NCBI GenBank assembly: GCA_951406725.2
Contig: OX597823.1
Coordinates: forward strand, 30,938,001 to 31,002,000
Origin: Octopus vulgaris
Taxonomy: Eukaryota
Length of the DNA: 64,000 nt
Reading direction: 5' to 3'
Shown: positions 24,415 through 38,096 of the stretch, one piece after another
How the letters are laid out: each line of letters starts with the position of its first letter
Numbering within the stretch: position 1 is the stretch's first letter
Made by a program: the position numbers and the translations under genes
Notes under the pieces: model-generated
Database searches by the model: none
Told to the model about the DNA's origin: nothing
What the model saw: only the letters and a program-made list of their open reading frames with translations

Positions 24415-24965
24415 ACGCGAAATGCTTTTTGCCACGAAAGTTCCGGACCCCAGTCATGAACTCATTTGCATGCTGCCAATCAGAGCTCAACTATCAAACT
24501 AATTTATGAGTGCATAACAAGTGATGGGTGATACGATAAGGACACTTGGGTAAGGAATGACCATGATTCTTTTCTCTTCTAATAATGCTTGTTGTTCTTG
24601 TTTCAACCATCGCAGCCTCTGTGTGGTTATTTTTGTCGTTGTTTACTTTCTAAAACAATAAGGGAAGAGGGTTGCTAGCACATCACCCTCTATCCACATT
24701 TTTCCCATCCACATCTTTACCATATGGGGCCCTAACAAAATCAAATAATAGATACAGATGCAAATCTATCTAATTACTTGTCTCCTTCTAAAATCAGGCA
24801 TAACTTGGCGATCGGTCGACCTACAACACTGTTCTACGTCTTGAGTTTAGTTGGTAGAGTGTGTTTGTTAACTTGACAACAAGGTCAAGGTGATCTCTGA
24901 TTGGCTGTATGCAAATGGGTTCATAACTGGGGTCCGTAACTCTCGTAGACAAAAAATTTCGCGGA
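24415..24965. repeat. Divergent ~80-bp inverted repeats containing CCAAT + octamer
   Basis: 24415-24495 (-) vs 24890-24965 (+): CTCTGATTGGC.G.ATGCAAATG.GTTCAT.ACTGGGGTCCG. Confidence 0.75.
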
Positions 24966-24984
24966 CGGGACATCAGTTCATCGG

Positions 24985-25127
24985 AAGCTCATCCATTTAC
25001 AGCTGAGTGGACTGCAGTAACGTGAGAGGAAGTGCTTTGTTTCCGAACGTAACTTTACTGCACGGTTCGGGAATGGAAACCATCCTCTTACGATAGCAAC
25101 CCTTTTTAACAACTGGGCCACGCGCCT
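24985..25127 (-). mobile_element. Degenerate tRNA-derived SINE
   Basis: Minus begins GGCGCGTGGCCCAGTTG, with B-box-like GGTTTCCATTCC and CACTCAGCTGTAAATG. Confidence 0.6.
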
Positions 25128-25975
25128 TCTTCAGTATGGTATTGGAGATGGAGATATCTTGGGGTGGTTGAGTATACACACTGAGCAATGATGGCGGCTA
25201 TGTTCCGCCTTAATAGAATTTTGATCAATCAGATTTACAGTCGAAGGCATTCCAGCAATCTCGTCTCGGTCTACATTTTTCAATCTGTCCTTCCTTTCTT
25301 TAGTATATTAGAATACGATATGAGAGATTTGGTTGATATTTCTATGTCACTACGAGACGATCTTGATGACTTGCAAGACATTTGCAATGTTTGGTTAAAT
25401 GACACATATTCTGGGTGAACGGTGACGACTAATATGGTTTTCACGTACAGCGCAATTGTAGTATAACTTCGTTTACTTTTCGTTGAACTTTTGCAATTTA
25501 TATACATAATTGGACATTAAACATAATTTTCTAAGGAATATTCTGTTGTTCTTTAAAAAAAAAATCAGAATTCAATTAAAATGTTTCTATTATAAAAATC
25601 TGTAACCGAAATTTCAAACCCTCTTCTCATTTCGCTTATATCAAGATTGCAAACCTTATATAAATTTTTCATCAAACATTTCTGAAACTGTATTTTTCTA
25701 TAGACATGCAAATATAAAGCAGACATATATTTTATACACTCAAAAACACACAACTCTATCGCCTCGAGCGAAAAACCAGCTTGCACGGAGATGATACAAC
25801 TCGTTATGAAGATATTTGAAATTTGCCGAAAATACAAAAAGCAATTAAAAAAAGGTAAAAAAAAAAGAGAGAGAAAAAGGATCCAAAGAACCAATATATG
25901 GTAAATGCTTCGGGGCAACTAAGAGGGAAGAAAAAATGGTAAAAGCTGTTGGCTATTTTCGAAAAATTATTCGTT

Positions 25976-26006
<31 letters not shown>

Positions 26007-26259
26007 TTTTTTTTCCATCACTGTAAAATATATAAGATGTATTTCTCGAGATTTTGGAATATTTGATATTATTAGATATTTAATATACATACATACATAC
26101 ATACACACATGCATGCATACTTATATACAGACATATATAAGTACATGTATGTATGTAGGTATGTATGTATATATTATATATTTATAAATGTATGTATGTA
26201 TATACATATATACATGTGTGTGTATATATGTATATATATATACACATACATATATATGA

Positions 26260-26347
<88 letters not shown>

Positions 26348-26350
26348 CTG

Positions 26351-26390
<40 letters not shown>

Positions 26391-26486
26391 CACATACATA
26401 TATATGAATATGTATATATATATATGTCTATAATCTAGAATCTGTGAATATATATATATACATACACATACATATATATGAATATA

Positions 26487-26551
<65 letters not shown>

Positions 26552-27047
26552 GTATGTATGTATATGTTATTACTGTACTTGTTTGATGTATGATGTGTGT
26601 TGTTGCTGTTGTTGTTATTGTTGTTATTATTGATATCATTGGTTTGTTGCAGTTCTGGTTATCAAGCGATGTTATTGTTGCTGTTGTTGATGTTGCATCT
26701 GTCGTTGTCGTTGTTGCTAAGGAAACCGTCTTAGATTTTCTCCATAGTTGTCGTTGTTGATGACGATGCTTTGCGAAGAGTTTTTATTGTTTTTGCCAAT
26801 ATTTTTATTGTTGTTATCGTCGTCGTTGTTGATGTTGTTGTTGGTGTTGTTGTTGTTATTGCTGGAAAGGGAAAATCGGGATTTGGCAAACGGTTCTTTA
26901 CAGTTCGTCCCGGTTTTGTCGCTTTTACCATAAAAAATTTTTTTACAAACTTTTCTTCTTTTTCTTTTTTTTTTGTCATTTTCTCTGCTTCCCGTGTATA
27001 GATTATGCTCATGTGTTTATACAAGTAAGGAGTGTGCAACTATATGT

Positions 27048-27107
<60 letters not shown>

Positions 27108-27514
27108 GAGAATGAGAGAGAGAAACTGGTAGAAAGATAGAGAGGAGTAGATAGAAACTTATCAGAGAACAGTAGCACGCACACATATGCACACACATAC
27201 ATACACACACACGCGCGCACACATACACGCACACACACATATATGGACACACATATACATATATATATGTATGCATTTATACACGAATACACTCATACAC
27301 ACGCGCGCACACATTCACGCACACATACACACACATACACGCATACGCGCAAACATTCACGCACACACAGACACACACATATATGAATACATATATGTAA
27401 GCATACATGTATGTATACATTTATACACACATACACACACACATATACGCATACACATATACATATACATACATGTATGTTTGCTTTCACACACACGCAT
27501 ACACACATATATAC

Positions 27515-27574
<60 letters not shown>

Positions 27575-27649
27575 CTTTGCTCTTTTTCTCTTTTACTTGT
27601 TCCACCTCGAGAACCGCGACCATGCTAGGGCAGCGCCATTTGGTCTTAC

Positions 27650-27932
27650 TACACCTTCATTAATTTGCTGAATGAAGCAGTTTGACGCTGCTACCCTCAT
27701 CTGCACAAACTGTCGTGAAGTCACCTGGATCTCTTCACACCAGGTAATCCGGTTTGATTTTGAAGGCATCTACATCCACCCGATGTATATCCCTCAGGTC
27801 CGTTGGGAGGATGTTGAAAAGCCCTTGGACCTTGAATCGTAAGCTATTGCAATATCTGGCCCTGTATTTTGATGACAACGGTAGAATATTGGGCACTATG
27901 TAATGGCGCCCTAATGCGGTGTTAGTATACCA
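27650..27932 (-). mobile_element. CR1/L2-group LINE 3' fragment
   Basis: Minus translates to GRHYIVP...YCNSLRFKVQGLFNILPTDLRDI..DVDAFKIK. Confidence 0.65.
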
Positions 27933-27977
27933 TTGGAAACGATAGCCAAAACGGCTTCGGAGAAATGTCCTCTAGGG

Positions 27978-28044
27978 CAGTGCTTTTCAAACTGTGGGTC
28001 CTGACACTTCAGTGGGTCGAGACAAAAAAGTTTGAAAAATGGTG
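27978..28044. mobile_element. Tiny hAT-like MITE
   Basis: CAGTGCTTTTCAAACT...AGTTTGAAAAATGGTG termini. Confidence 0.5.
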
Positions 28045-28238
28045 CCCTTGAGGTTACCTGGTTTCTTGTTTTGAAAGTTCTGAGAATCCATCCGGCCAGA
28101 CTTCACACTTCGTTGCCAACTTAGTAACAAGCTCAGGTTAAGCACTATTTATAATTCTGTGAATGTAGTTCCTCCAATTGTAATGCATTTTGTCTCATTG
28201 CGTTTGTCCACTTACTGCGTGTAATATATATATATATA

Positions 28239-28743
28239 CTAGCAGTATCGCCTGGCGTTGATCGGGTTTGTAAGGGAAATAACTATATAAGCATTTTTAG
28301 AGAGTTACTTCCGTTATAGATGCCAATTCGGGCTTTCTTAGCCATTTCTGTTTTGGTGTCTTCAAGCCATGAAGTCGTTGTTCTAAAAGAACGCTGGTCT
28401 CCTTGACAACGCTTTACGACGTTGATTTCCTTACACTCCCTTCTCCACAGCTTCACGAGGGAGGGAAGAAGGGGAGAAGCAAACAGGTGCAGGTGTGACC
28501 ATGGACGCCAACTCCGCCGCCATCGACACACGAAAAATTATGCATTAAAATGGAATAAAAAATGATTATTTTTAAAATCGTAGACTCATTGTAGACGCGC
28601 GCTAATACTCAGACGGGTTCGATATGAATCCCGACTATAAGATACCCGAATTTGGTTAAACTGCACCGCAAAATGTGGGAGTGGTTAGGAATCTAAATGG
28701 AAGGGGACAGACACTCACACAACTACAGTTTTATATATATAGA
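28239..28743 (-). mobile_element. Non-autonomous Helitron
   Basis: Minus strand starts TC and ends with subterminal hairpin CCCGATCAACGCCAGG then CTAG; inserted at A^T in a TA tract. Confidence 0.8.
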
Positions 28744-28793
28744 TATATATACACACGTACAGATGTAAGCATGTACATATACGTATGTATATA

Positions 28794-28868
<75 letters not shown>

Positions 28869-28951
28869 ATATATATTATTTATATATATATATATATACA
28901 TACATACATACATATATACATACTTACATACATACATACATATATACATAT

Positions 28952-29141
<190 letters not shown>

Positions 29142-29264
29142 TACTATACATGTGTGTGTGCGTGTATGTGAAAACACACTTACGTATAGACATACATGTA
29201 TATAAAATATTACAAAAATAATATTCGCAATATTATAAGTGTACTTAGTATAATATAAATATAT

Positions 29265-29717
29265 TACATATTAATTGCTAATTGGGACACCGTATTTTGT
29301 TTAGCATCCATTATGTACTAAGAAGTGTATTAAAGCTTTTTAAGTCAATCCTGTGTCTTTCATTTGTGATAGCAGTGCGATTCAATAACTTATACGTTAT
29401 CTGTATAGATATTCTATAGAATTTAGAGCCAGCACTGAAAGTTTCGTATACGAATAAGTCTTTGTAAACAATGTCATCGAAATTAGAAAACAAAATAATG
29501 AGTGCATTATGCATATTCCAGGAATTGTTGTTCCTTCTTCAACACTCCATCCAACTCATTAACCAGCAAAGAACACATTGCTTAAATAACCATTAAATTT
29601 AACGGTATAACGCAAAATGAAAGATCACAGTATTGGCTTATAAGCCTTTAATGTACTTGATGGTATATAATGGATGCTAAATGAAATACGGTGTCCCTGT
29701 TAGCGACTGATATGTAC
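29265..29717. repeat. Degenerate foldback with ~125-bp arms
   Basis: GGGACACCGTATTTTGTTTAGCATCCATTAT vs ATAATGGATGCTAAATGAAATACGGTGTCCC. Confidence 0.75.
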
Positions 29718-29919
29718 ACACCAAGTATGAGGAATGCGTTTAATATATAAATTGGTTAGTTCAATAATTCTACATCACTAATAAAACTTAGTGACTAATT
29801 AAGCAACGCGATCGTGAATGGTTAGTGGATGTGGTACTGGAGAAAGCTCAATAACTCCTGAAATCTACATACATATATATGAGCGTGTTCCTGTATATAT
29901 ACATATATTCTGAGACATG

Positions 29920-29985
<66 letters not shown>

Positions 29986-30115
29986 TATATCTATATTTAT
30001 ATGTATATGTCTGTACGCATGTACGTATGTGTGTGTTTGTGTATGTATATATGTACGTATGTGTTTGTGCATGTGTGTGCTTGTGTGTGCAAAAAGATAT
30101 GTATATATGTATGTG

Positions 30116-30147
<32 letters not shown>

Positions 30148-30439
30148 GGCATGTATGTGTGTATATGTGTATATATGTGTATGTGCACACACATGCAAAC
30201 ACACACTGAGTCGGAAAGTCTAGGCTGTGCACTTTTTGCACAAATTTTACCCGCTAAACTTTAATCTGCAAAATAGGTGTAAGCTGTACTATTGTACGTA
30301 GACACAAGAGAACGTTAATGCCATAACACACACAGGCGCACACGTACACACACACATCTACACACCCTCACACACACACATTCACGCACACACATATCTC
30401 TCTATATATACGTATATATATATACATATATATATATTC

Positions 30440-30561
<122 letters not shown>

Positions 30562-31057
30562 TGTATGTGTGTATGTATGTATGTATGTATGTGCATATGT
30601 ATATTTAATTCTTGTTACTTTTATATTATCATTGAATAAGAAAGAAATTCTTTAAGCAGAGCCATTTTAATTTTCTTATCAAGCACTTAACAAAGAGATG
30701 AAATAAAAAAGCTAACGCTGAGCTTTTGTATTCAGTGGTGTGTTGGAATGAAAGGAGAGAAAATAAACTGAGATGGAATTTAGAAGAAAAATAGCGAAGC
30801 ATTGCGAAGATAACGAATAAGGAACGGCACGTTTTTTAAGGTCAGGAAACTTACCAATTGGTGAAAATGAAATGGAAGCCAATACGGTGCGCATTGTATG
30901 TAAGAATATGTGAGTTTAATGTATATATAATGTATGTATATGCATATACATACATACATATATATACATTCGTATATATATATATATATATATTTGTATA
31001 TACATACCTATATGTGTATACATATATATATATATGTGCATATATATATGTATACAT

Positions 31058-31118
<61 letters not shown>

Positions 31119-31136
31119 CATACATACATACATACA

Positions 31137-31197
<61 letters not shown>

Positions 31198-31435
31198 GTG
31201 TGCCTATCTTTTATGCGCAGCTGCAAATATGTATGTATATATGTGTGTGTATATATATATATATACATAGATAAATATATATACACACACACATATATAT
31301 ATATGTATACTTAATACATACATGCATGCATACATACATATATACATACAGGCATACATACACACATACACACACACACACGCACGCACACACGCACACA
31401 CACGCACGCACACACACACACGCACACACTCACAC

Positions 31436-32569
31436 ACAAACCATTACGTTCCTTATCAAATACAAATGCTGTACGTGAAGTAGACGAAGAAATGTTTGCG
31501 AAGGTCAAAAGTCAACTGAGAAAAGGTATAATTTCTTGATTCAGCGATTGCATAAAATTACACACTGACGTCTCAACTCCAGCGAACACCACTGCATTGT
31601 GTCTAACGCCGCGTTTCATTTATTTCATTTATTATGGCCATAAAAACGTTTTGTATTGCGGCTTCTGTTAATATTTGTTGTTACTTTTCTTTCATTTTAT
31701 TACGTATATGACACGATTGAAGCTGTGTAGTCTGAGCCTGAGGCTGTAGGTCGGAGAATGAGTGTTGGGAGCGGATACTTGCTCTTCGTATTTTGGATAA
31801 TCTTGGATCTATAAGGTTCGTTGATTGGCTCTAAGTAGATAAATAGATGTCCTGTCTTTCAAGACTACATCACTATATATATATAAGATAAGAGAACGGA
31901 GAGGATATAAAATCGACAGACATCAGCCAGTAAACATTCCAGTATATCTATTTATTCAATTGTATTGGATGAATACACACACGTGTATGAGTGATACAGA
32001 TTAACGAGTGGAAAAAGCTAGAAACTGCATAGACAAGGGGTGTGAATACATACAAGCATATAGAAATAAATGAGCAAAAATATAAATGGGTGCCCAGGTA
32101 CTAGCTCCTTACGGCCGTTTCTGCCAAGTGGCAAAAAAATCTTTCAGGATTTCTCCAATACTTTAATGTTATGCAGGGATCACAGACAGGGCTTGGATAA
32201 TGGATGTGCTCCTAGACTTCTTCAGAGGGTCTAAGTAGTTGTGGGAAATAACACATAAAAATCCAGTGGTGGGGAGGTAAATAATATCACTTTATTTACC
32301 TCCCCACCTCTTGATGAAATAGCATGGATTTTATGAATACTTTATGAGAAGTCTGTACCTTGTTTCCCTTTGCTATGCCCACACAATATTGTACTATACT
32401 ATATTCTCTTGTATTCTTGCTTTTGCAGTGGTGTTCGCTGGAGTCGAGACGTCAGTGTGTAATTTTATGCAATCGCTGAATCAAGAAATTATACCTTTTC
32501 TCAGTTGACTTTTGACCTTCGCAAACATTTCTTCGTCTACTTCACGTACAGCATTTGTAATGGTTTGTG
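31436..32569. mobile_element. Near-perfect 136-bp inverted repeats enclosing ~830 bp
   Basis: 31461-31596 vs 32424-32559, one visible mismatch; symmetry extends into flanking microsatellites. Confidence 0.9.
31890..32420 (-). mobile_element. Family A-like element with long-helix-II HHR
   Basis: Minus: CCCT CTGAAGA (32225-32219)...97 nt...GAAAC GGCC GTA AGG; palindromic ACGGCCGT; tail resembles 1-43. Confidence 0.7.
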
Positions 32570-32674
32570 CGTGTGTGTGTGTATGTATGTATGTATGTAC
32601 GTATGTATGTATGTATGTATGTATGTATGTATGTATGTATGTATGTATGTATGTATGTATGTATATCATAGCTG

Positions 32675-33005
32675 CACCCCCGTTACACGAGAAAATCCAT
32701 TGCCAAGAAGACTTACTGAAATGATTCATGATTGTTGCCATGTGATGCCCTTATATGACTTTTAAGCCCAGCCAAACTTTTACACATTTAATTACATACT
32801 GGACAACTGTGCTGGCTGGCAGGAGAAACAGGTGCCACCATATGCACTCTCTTAACATATATTTTTAGAGCTCCAACTGAGAGGCACACCTTTCCACATT
32901 TTACACACGTTTTGTTGTGAATTTTAATAGGCATATCACTGTTTATCGTGGGTGAACTCCTGTGAGATTTTTGATGGCTCACCAGGCCTGCACGATTCAA
33001 ATACC
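32675..33005 (-). mobile_element. 3' end of an RTE-like LINE (tandem C2H2-like motifs)
   Basis: CVKCGKVCLSVGALKIYVKRVH...CPVC..CKSLAGLKSH, then short 3'UTR. Confidence 0.55.
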
Positions 33006-33048
33006 CCCACAAACCACACGCATATATATACATATATATATGCATACA

Positions 33049-33203
<155 letters not shown>

Positions 33204-33674
33204 GAAACTTACCTGGAAGAGTATGCGTGGTGTTCAATAATATAATAATATATGCCATCTTTCTTTCTTCCCCTAACTTGTGTTTCTTTCTCTCCGTTGT
33301 AGCTGGAACTAGGAAGATGTGTTGTCTGTCTCCTGTCCAAGCTTGATTTATGCATTCACCACCACAACCTCGCTTGGGCTTAGCAGCTCTTCCTGTTTGT
33401 TTTCACTGTCCTGTTTGTATAACCAGTTTTGACATTCTGCTTATTTAATTTGCTTTAAGGGAGCAACTGTTTTATCGAAAGCGTATATTGTTGTTAAATG
33501 CTCGAAATACGAGAGTAGAAAAACAGCTAACAACTGATGAAGGGTCGTTCTTTATGTTGCTTGTCTCGTTTTCCATTTGTGTCTTTCGTTGTTCGAATAA
33601 ATAGTTCGTATTCCATGTACTCGTACTTCGTATTCTTTTATTGTACACGTTTCGTGACGTCCTGTGCCCATATA

Positions 33675-33725
<51 letters not shown>

Positions 33726-33803
33726 GTATAGATGTAAGTATTTACATATACTACGTATATATATGCAAACGCAAACAAACACACACACACACACACACAC
33801 ACA

Positions 33804-33845
<42 letters not shown>

Positions 33846-33961
33846 GTGTGTGTCTGTAGATTTCCGGACAATGGACACGAGTTAGAATAAAAACAGTAAT
33901 AAACGAGTGAAGAACGAATATACACTACGTGCGTTTATTTGGCAACAATAAAGATAGCATA

Positions 33962-34354
33962 GGCGTGGGAGTGGCTGTGTGGGAAGTAGCTTGTTTATCA
34001 ACCACATGGTTCCGGGTTCAGTCCCACTGCGTGGCCCTTTGGGCAAGTGTCTTCTACTATAGCCTCGAGTCGACCAAAGCCTTGTGAGAGGATTTTGTAG
34101 ACGGAAACTGAAAGAAGCCCGTCGTATATATGCATATATATATATATATGTGTGTGTGGGTGTATGTGTTTGTGTGTCTGTGTTTGTCCCCCCAACATTG
34201 CTTGACAACCGATGGTGGTGTGTTTACGTCACCGTAACTTAGCGGTTCGTCAAAAGAGACCGATAGAATAAGTACTCGACTAAAGTACTCGACTAAAGAC
34301 GGTGCTCCAGCATGGCCACAGTCATATGACTGAAACAAGTAAAAGTGTAAAGAG
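33962..34354 (+). mobile_element. Full-length CORE-type SINE, apparently inserted in a family-D2-like element
   Basis: Matches 44-453; flanks rejoin to ..GCATAACATTCCGAAATACAACAATAT, resembling 22600-22626. Confidence 0.9.
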
Positions 34355-34565
34355 TAACATTCCGAAATACAACAATATATCTATATCGATATATATATAG
34401 TAAAAATATATTTGCCAACATAAGATGGCAGTCTTGTGTAGGACCATTGTACTACGCAGGGCTGCCACCTTACTTTGCCAAATAGATTTTACTATGAAGT
34501 ATAGTTACTATTTAGATCTCATCCATATATATACATACATACATACATATCTCTCTCTTTCTCTT

Positions 34566-34618
<53 letters not shown>

Positions 34619-34753
34619 GAAACGATCGTAGTGTTATACTAATTATCTTTTTTTAATAATTTTGATATATATTTAAAATAATATAAATTAATTAATCCTA
34701 TGTATTGGCTTAAGTTTTTCATTGTATGATTTGCCTAATAGTGGTTTTATCTC

Positions 34754-34827
<74 letters not shown>

Positions 34828-35899
34828 TAATAACTATACTTCGTAGTAAAATTTATTCTTCTCTCATTCGTATCCTTTATAAACCCTCACGCCATTTGCG
34901 TACCATCACATACACAAACACACACACGTATCCCCGTAAAATGTTGTGATCCCCTTTTGAATGGCAGATGGTGTAATGTATGCATAGGCCCCTTGTGACC
35001 AATATAAAAACGTTTATTGCAATTGTTTTTATCAGAAGTAAATCTGTTAAAAACGTTTACCACTTCCAGTATTCTCTCAGTGCTAATATTTTAGTTTATT
35101 TAATGAAAGGTAAATTTATTTATTATTCACTCATTCCTTTGCAATTATTCTTCCTTTCTTTCCTGCTTTCTTCTCGTCTTGTCTTTCTTCTTTCCGTTCT
35201 TTCCTTTGTTTAACTTTTACCAATTTATTCTTCAGAAAGTTTCGTCTTTCTTCCGAGATTAGAAACAAAATGCAACGATTAGTCTGAAATAGGATTTACC
35301 CTGATTAGAGAAGGGAAGCAGTATTTTACGAGAATATTATCTGAAATGTAGATATAAAATCTTTTAAGGGCCATAGAACCCCGCTTTTTAATGGTTCGGT
35401 GATTAGATCCAGTTTCATGGAGTGAAACAGATAAGAGATAACTTCTCCATGTTCCGTACATTCCAGTATGGTCTGGTGGTACTCTGGTACCTATTTATGC
35501 TCACAGCTTGGTGAAGTGAAGGTACAAGTCTATCAGAGGTAACATCCCTAGATGATCTGGTCCCTATTTCTACTGATAGCTACATGAAGTGAGGACTCTA
35601 GTCTATTACAGGTAAAAAACCATTCGGAAGTACTTATTGATAACGACTGCTGGATGAAACGTGGGTACGTGCCTCTCACAGGTAACATCCCAATATGATC
35701 CAGTGGTAAGTGCCACTCTTCCCCACTTCTCTGTCATACAGTCACTCACTCTCTATGTTATACATGTTTTACAGTTGACGGCGATCATGGCTTTCCATGC
35801 TAAGATTTGAAGGTTCAGTAATACCTCGCTATATCGCGGTTCACTTATTGCGTTTTATTAAGTTACGTCGATTCCTCCGTGTTGCTGTTTTGCATTTAT

Positions 35900-36740
35900 G
35901 CTGTTGGCATCCTTTTTGTCTCGGGAGACAATGGAGTTGAGCATAAAATAGTCTAGTCTGGCTTTTACATTTCATGTCCTAATACATCTCTTGCTGTGGC
36001 TATGTAGTTCTATCCTGGACAAACACTCCCTCTGGCAGGTGCCGCAAATGTAGAGAAGACTTTGCCTGGCTGGTTGTAATGTCATACTTTCTTCTTGACG
36101 TCTTTTCTTGTCTTTCCATTTCTCCTCTCTCCCTGTGTCACTCCTTTATGTTCCCTCTGTTACGGTACGTCGCCAACCTCCACGATTGCTAGCAACTGCT
36201 TCCCAGTTGCTAATATTGATGTCGAAGGCCTTCATGTCCCTTTTGCAAACATCCTTGTATCGTAAGAACGGTCTTCCCACAGACCTAGTGCCCCTAGCAA
36301 GCTCTCCGTAGAGTATGTCCTTGGGGATTCTGCCATCTTCCATGCGGCTAACATGTCCAAGCCATCTCATACGTCTTTGTGTGAGGAGTGCAAACATACT
36401 TGGTATTCCTGCTTGCTTGAGGACATCTTTGTTGGGGGCATGATTCTGCCATTTGATGCCAAGGATTTTCCGGAAGTAGCGCAGGTGAAAGATATTTAGG
36501 CGACGCTCTTGGCGTGTGTATGGCGTCCAAATCTCACTTCCATACAGTAGAGTGCTAAGTACACATGTCTGGTAAATTGTTGTGGTCTTGGTCAACTTAT
36601 TGCTGTCCCATGCCCGTTTGGAGAGTTGGGCCATCACAGCAGCTGCAATGCCAATGCGGATATTGAGCTCGGCATTAAGGGATAGGTTGTAGGTGACGGT
36701 AGAGCTAAGATAAGTAAACTTCTCCACCTCCTGTAGTTTT
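35900..36740 (-). mobile_element. RTE LINE 3' portion, same family as 18631-22258
   Basis: High nucleotide similarity to 21436-22250; LQEVEKFTYL...WLGHVSRMEDGRIPK. Confidence 0.95.
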
Positions 36741-37093
36741 CTACCCTCCACCGTAACATGTAATTCTTCCCTTCCTGGAAGGTAGATGAGCTCTGGGAAC
36801 TTGTGAATAGCTTCTGGTTGACTGTGGAGGAGTAACTCCACACAAGTCCCAGACCAATTTTCACGTCGTGTTCTTTTGACCTCCAGGAGGCTGTTATTCC
36901 CTTCCAAAACGTTCGCTGCGAGAATCCACCACAGGTTTACCTCTGTTGGCACCCCAGCGACCTTTATGCGCACCATCCTCTTCCTTCCTAAATAGGATGA
37001 ATGAAGCACATATTTTTCATTCCGGCAGAAAACCACGGAGTGTTTGGCGGCCAGAGCTTCAGATTTAAATAAAGAGCACTGAAAAGTCCGCAA
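36146..37093 (-). CDS. Chimeric open frame: Tx1-like ORF1 C-terminal part fused in frame to RTE ORF C-terminus (probably non-functional)
   Basis: 315-aa ORF; switch at ...VEGRK|LQEVEKF (~36740). Confidence 0.5.
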   Translation of the reverse strand: MRTFQCSLFKSEALAAKHSVVFCRNEKYVLHSSYLGRKRMVRIKVAGVPTEVNLWWILAANVLEGNNSLLEVKRTRRENWSGTCVELLLHSQPEAIHKFPELIYLPGREELHVTVEGRKLQEVEKFTYLSSTVTYNLSLNAELNIRIGIAAAVMAQLSKRAWDSNKLTKTTTIYQTCVLSTLLYGSEIWTPYTRQERRLNIFHLRYFRKILGIKWQNHAPNKDVLKQAGIPSMFALLTQRRMRWLGHVSRMEDGRIPKDILYGELARGTRSVGRPFLRYKDVCKRDMKAFDINISNWEAVASNRGGWRRTVTEGT

Positions 37094-37992
37094 ACTGTTT
37101 TGCCCTTGAAATATGAAGAATGTCGAATGTTATGTCTTTCAGTGCCCTTTACACGTCCGCCTGGTTCGCCGTCTCTGGCCGCTTCGTGTTGTCTGTACAA
37201 ACACTGTTTTCTTTTTTTGTTTCTGTCAACATCTCGTGGGGGATGACAATACTGACTTGCGCCGTTTCCAGTCTTATTAACTCAACTGCCTCAGCTAGAC
37301 ACATGTCTTTCTGAAGCAGATCCATACAAAAATATTCTTTGCTTCTTGCTACTGTCTCTGCGAAAGAAGTAGTATGGCTCATGTTGTCATTTATTATTAC
37401 GATCTTATTCGTTGTAGTGGTGGCGGTGGTGCAGTTGGTTGTGGTCGAAAGACTGTCACTATGTGCTGTCTTTTGTTTATTCGTTGTAGTGGTGGTGGTG
37501 GTGTGAGTGGTGGGTGGTGGGAGCCGCGGAGTTGTCTGCACTCTTGATACAGCTGCTATGAACTGTCTTTTGAGTTGCAGTATTCCAATGAATTGGAGGG
37601 AATTCAGCTTCGTAGTTTGTGATGTCGCTAAAGATGTTCGTATTATTATTGTTTGAAGTATCTGCAATTTCGTGTGCGATAATTTGGACCTGCTGTGTGC
37701 TCGCCTCCCCTTCTATTGGTGAATAGTAGGTGGAGGGCACTTCGGTGTCTTGCATCTCTCTATCTCAAACACTTCTCAACTCCTCTTCTATGTTCTTCAA
37801 CAAAGCTGGTTTCACCATATTCGCTTTGTTTTAAAATTAATTTTGAAACAATTAGTTTGAGATTACAGACTGCAAAGGGGGCACTAACAACACAAAAAAA
37901 CGTTTAGTAACAAAAGAAACAATTAACAACTTAGAAACAAAATTTTGGAGGAAAAACTTAGGAGTGGACAAACACGTGCAACCGACCAGGAC
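36741..37992 (-). mobile_element. 5' UTR + ORF1 of a Tx1/L1-like non-LTR element
   Basis: ATG 37382 MSHTTSFAETV; RRM-like VRIKVAGVP; FPELIYL..LHVTVEGRK, the motif that normally precedes the ORF1 zinc knuckle; stops and frameshifts present. Confidence 0.7.
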
Positions 37993-37999
37993 AACGAAA

Positions 38000-38094
<95 letters not shown>

Positions 38095-38096
<2 letters not shown>

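Noticed and set aside
25565-25918. 117-aa ORF in unique sequence
   Set aside because: AT-rich composition, no motif, non-ATG start.
33440-33545. GAGCA..TGCTC GAAA and a downstream CTGATGA
   Set aside because: The upstream core is decayed and the downstream CTGATGA has no matching GAAA.
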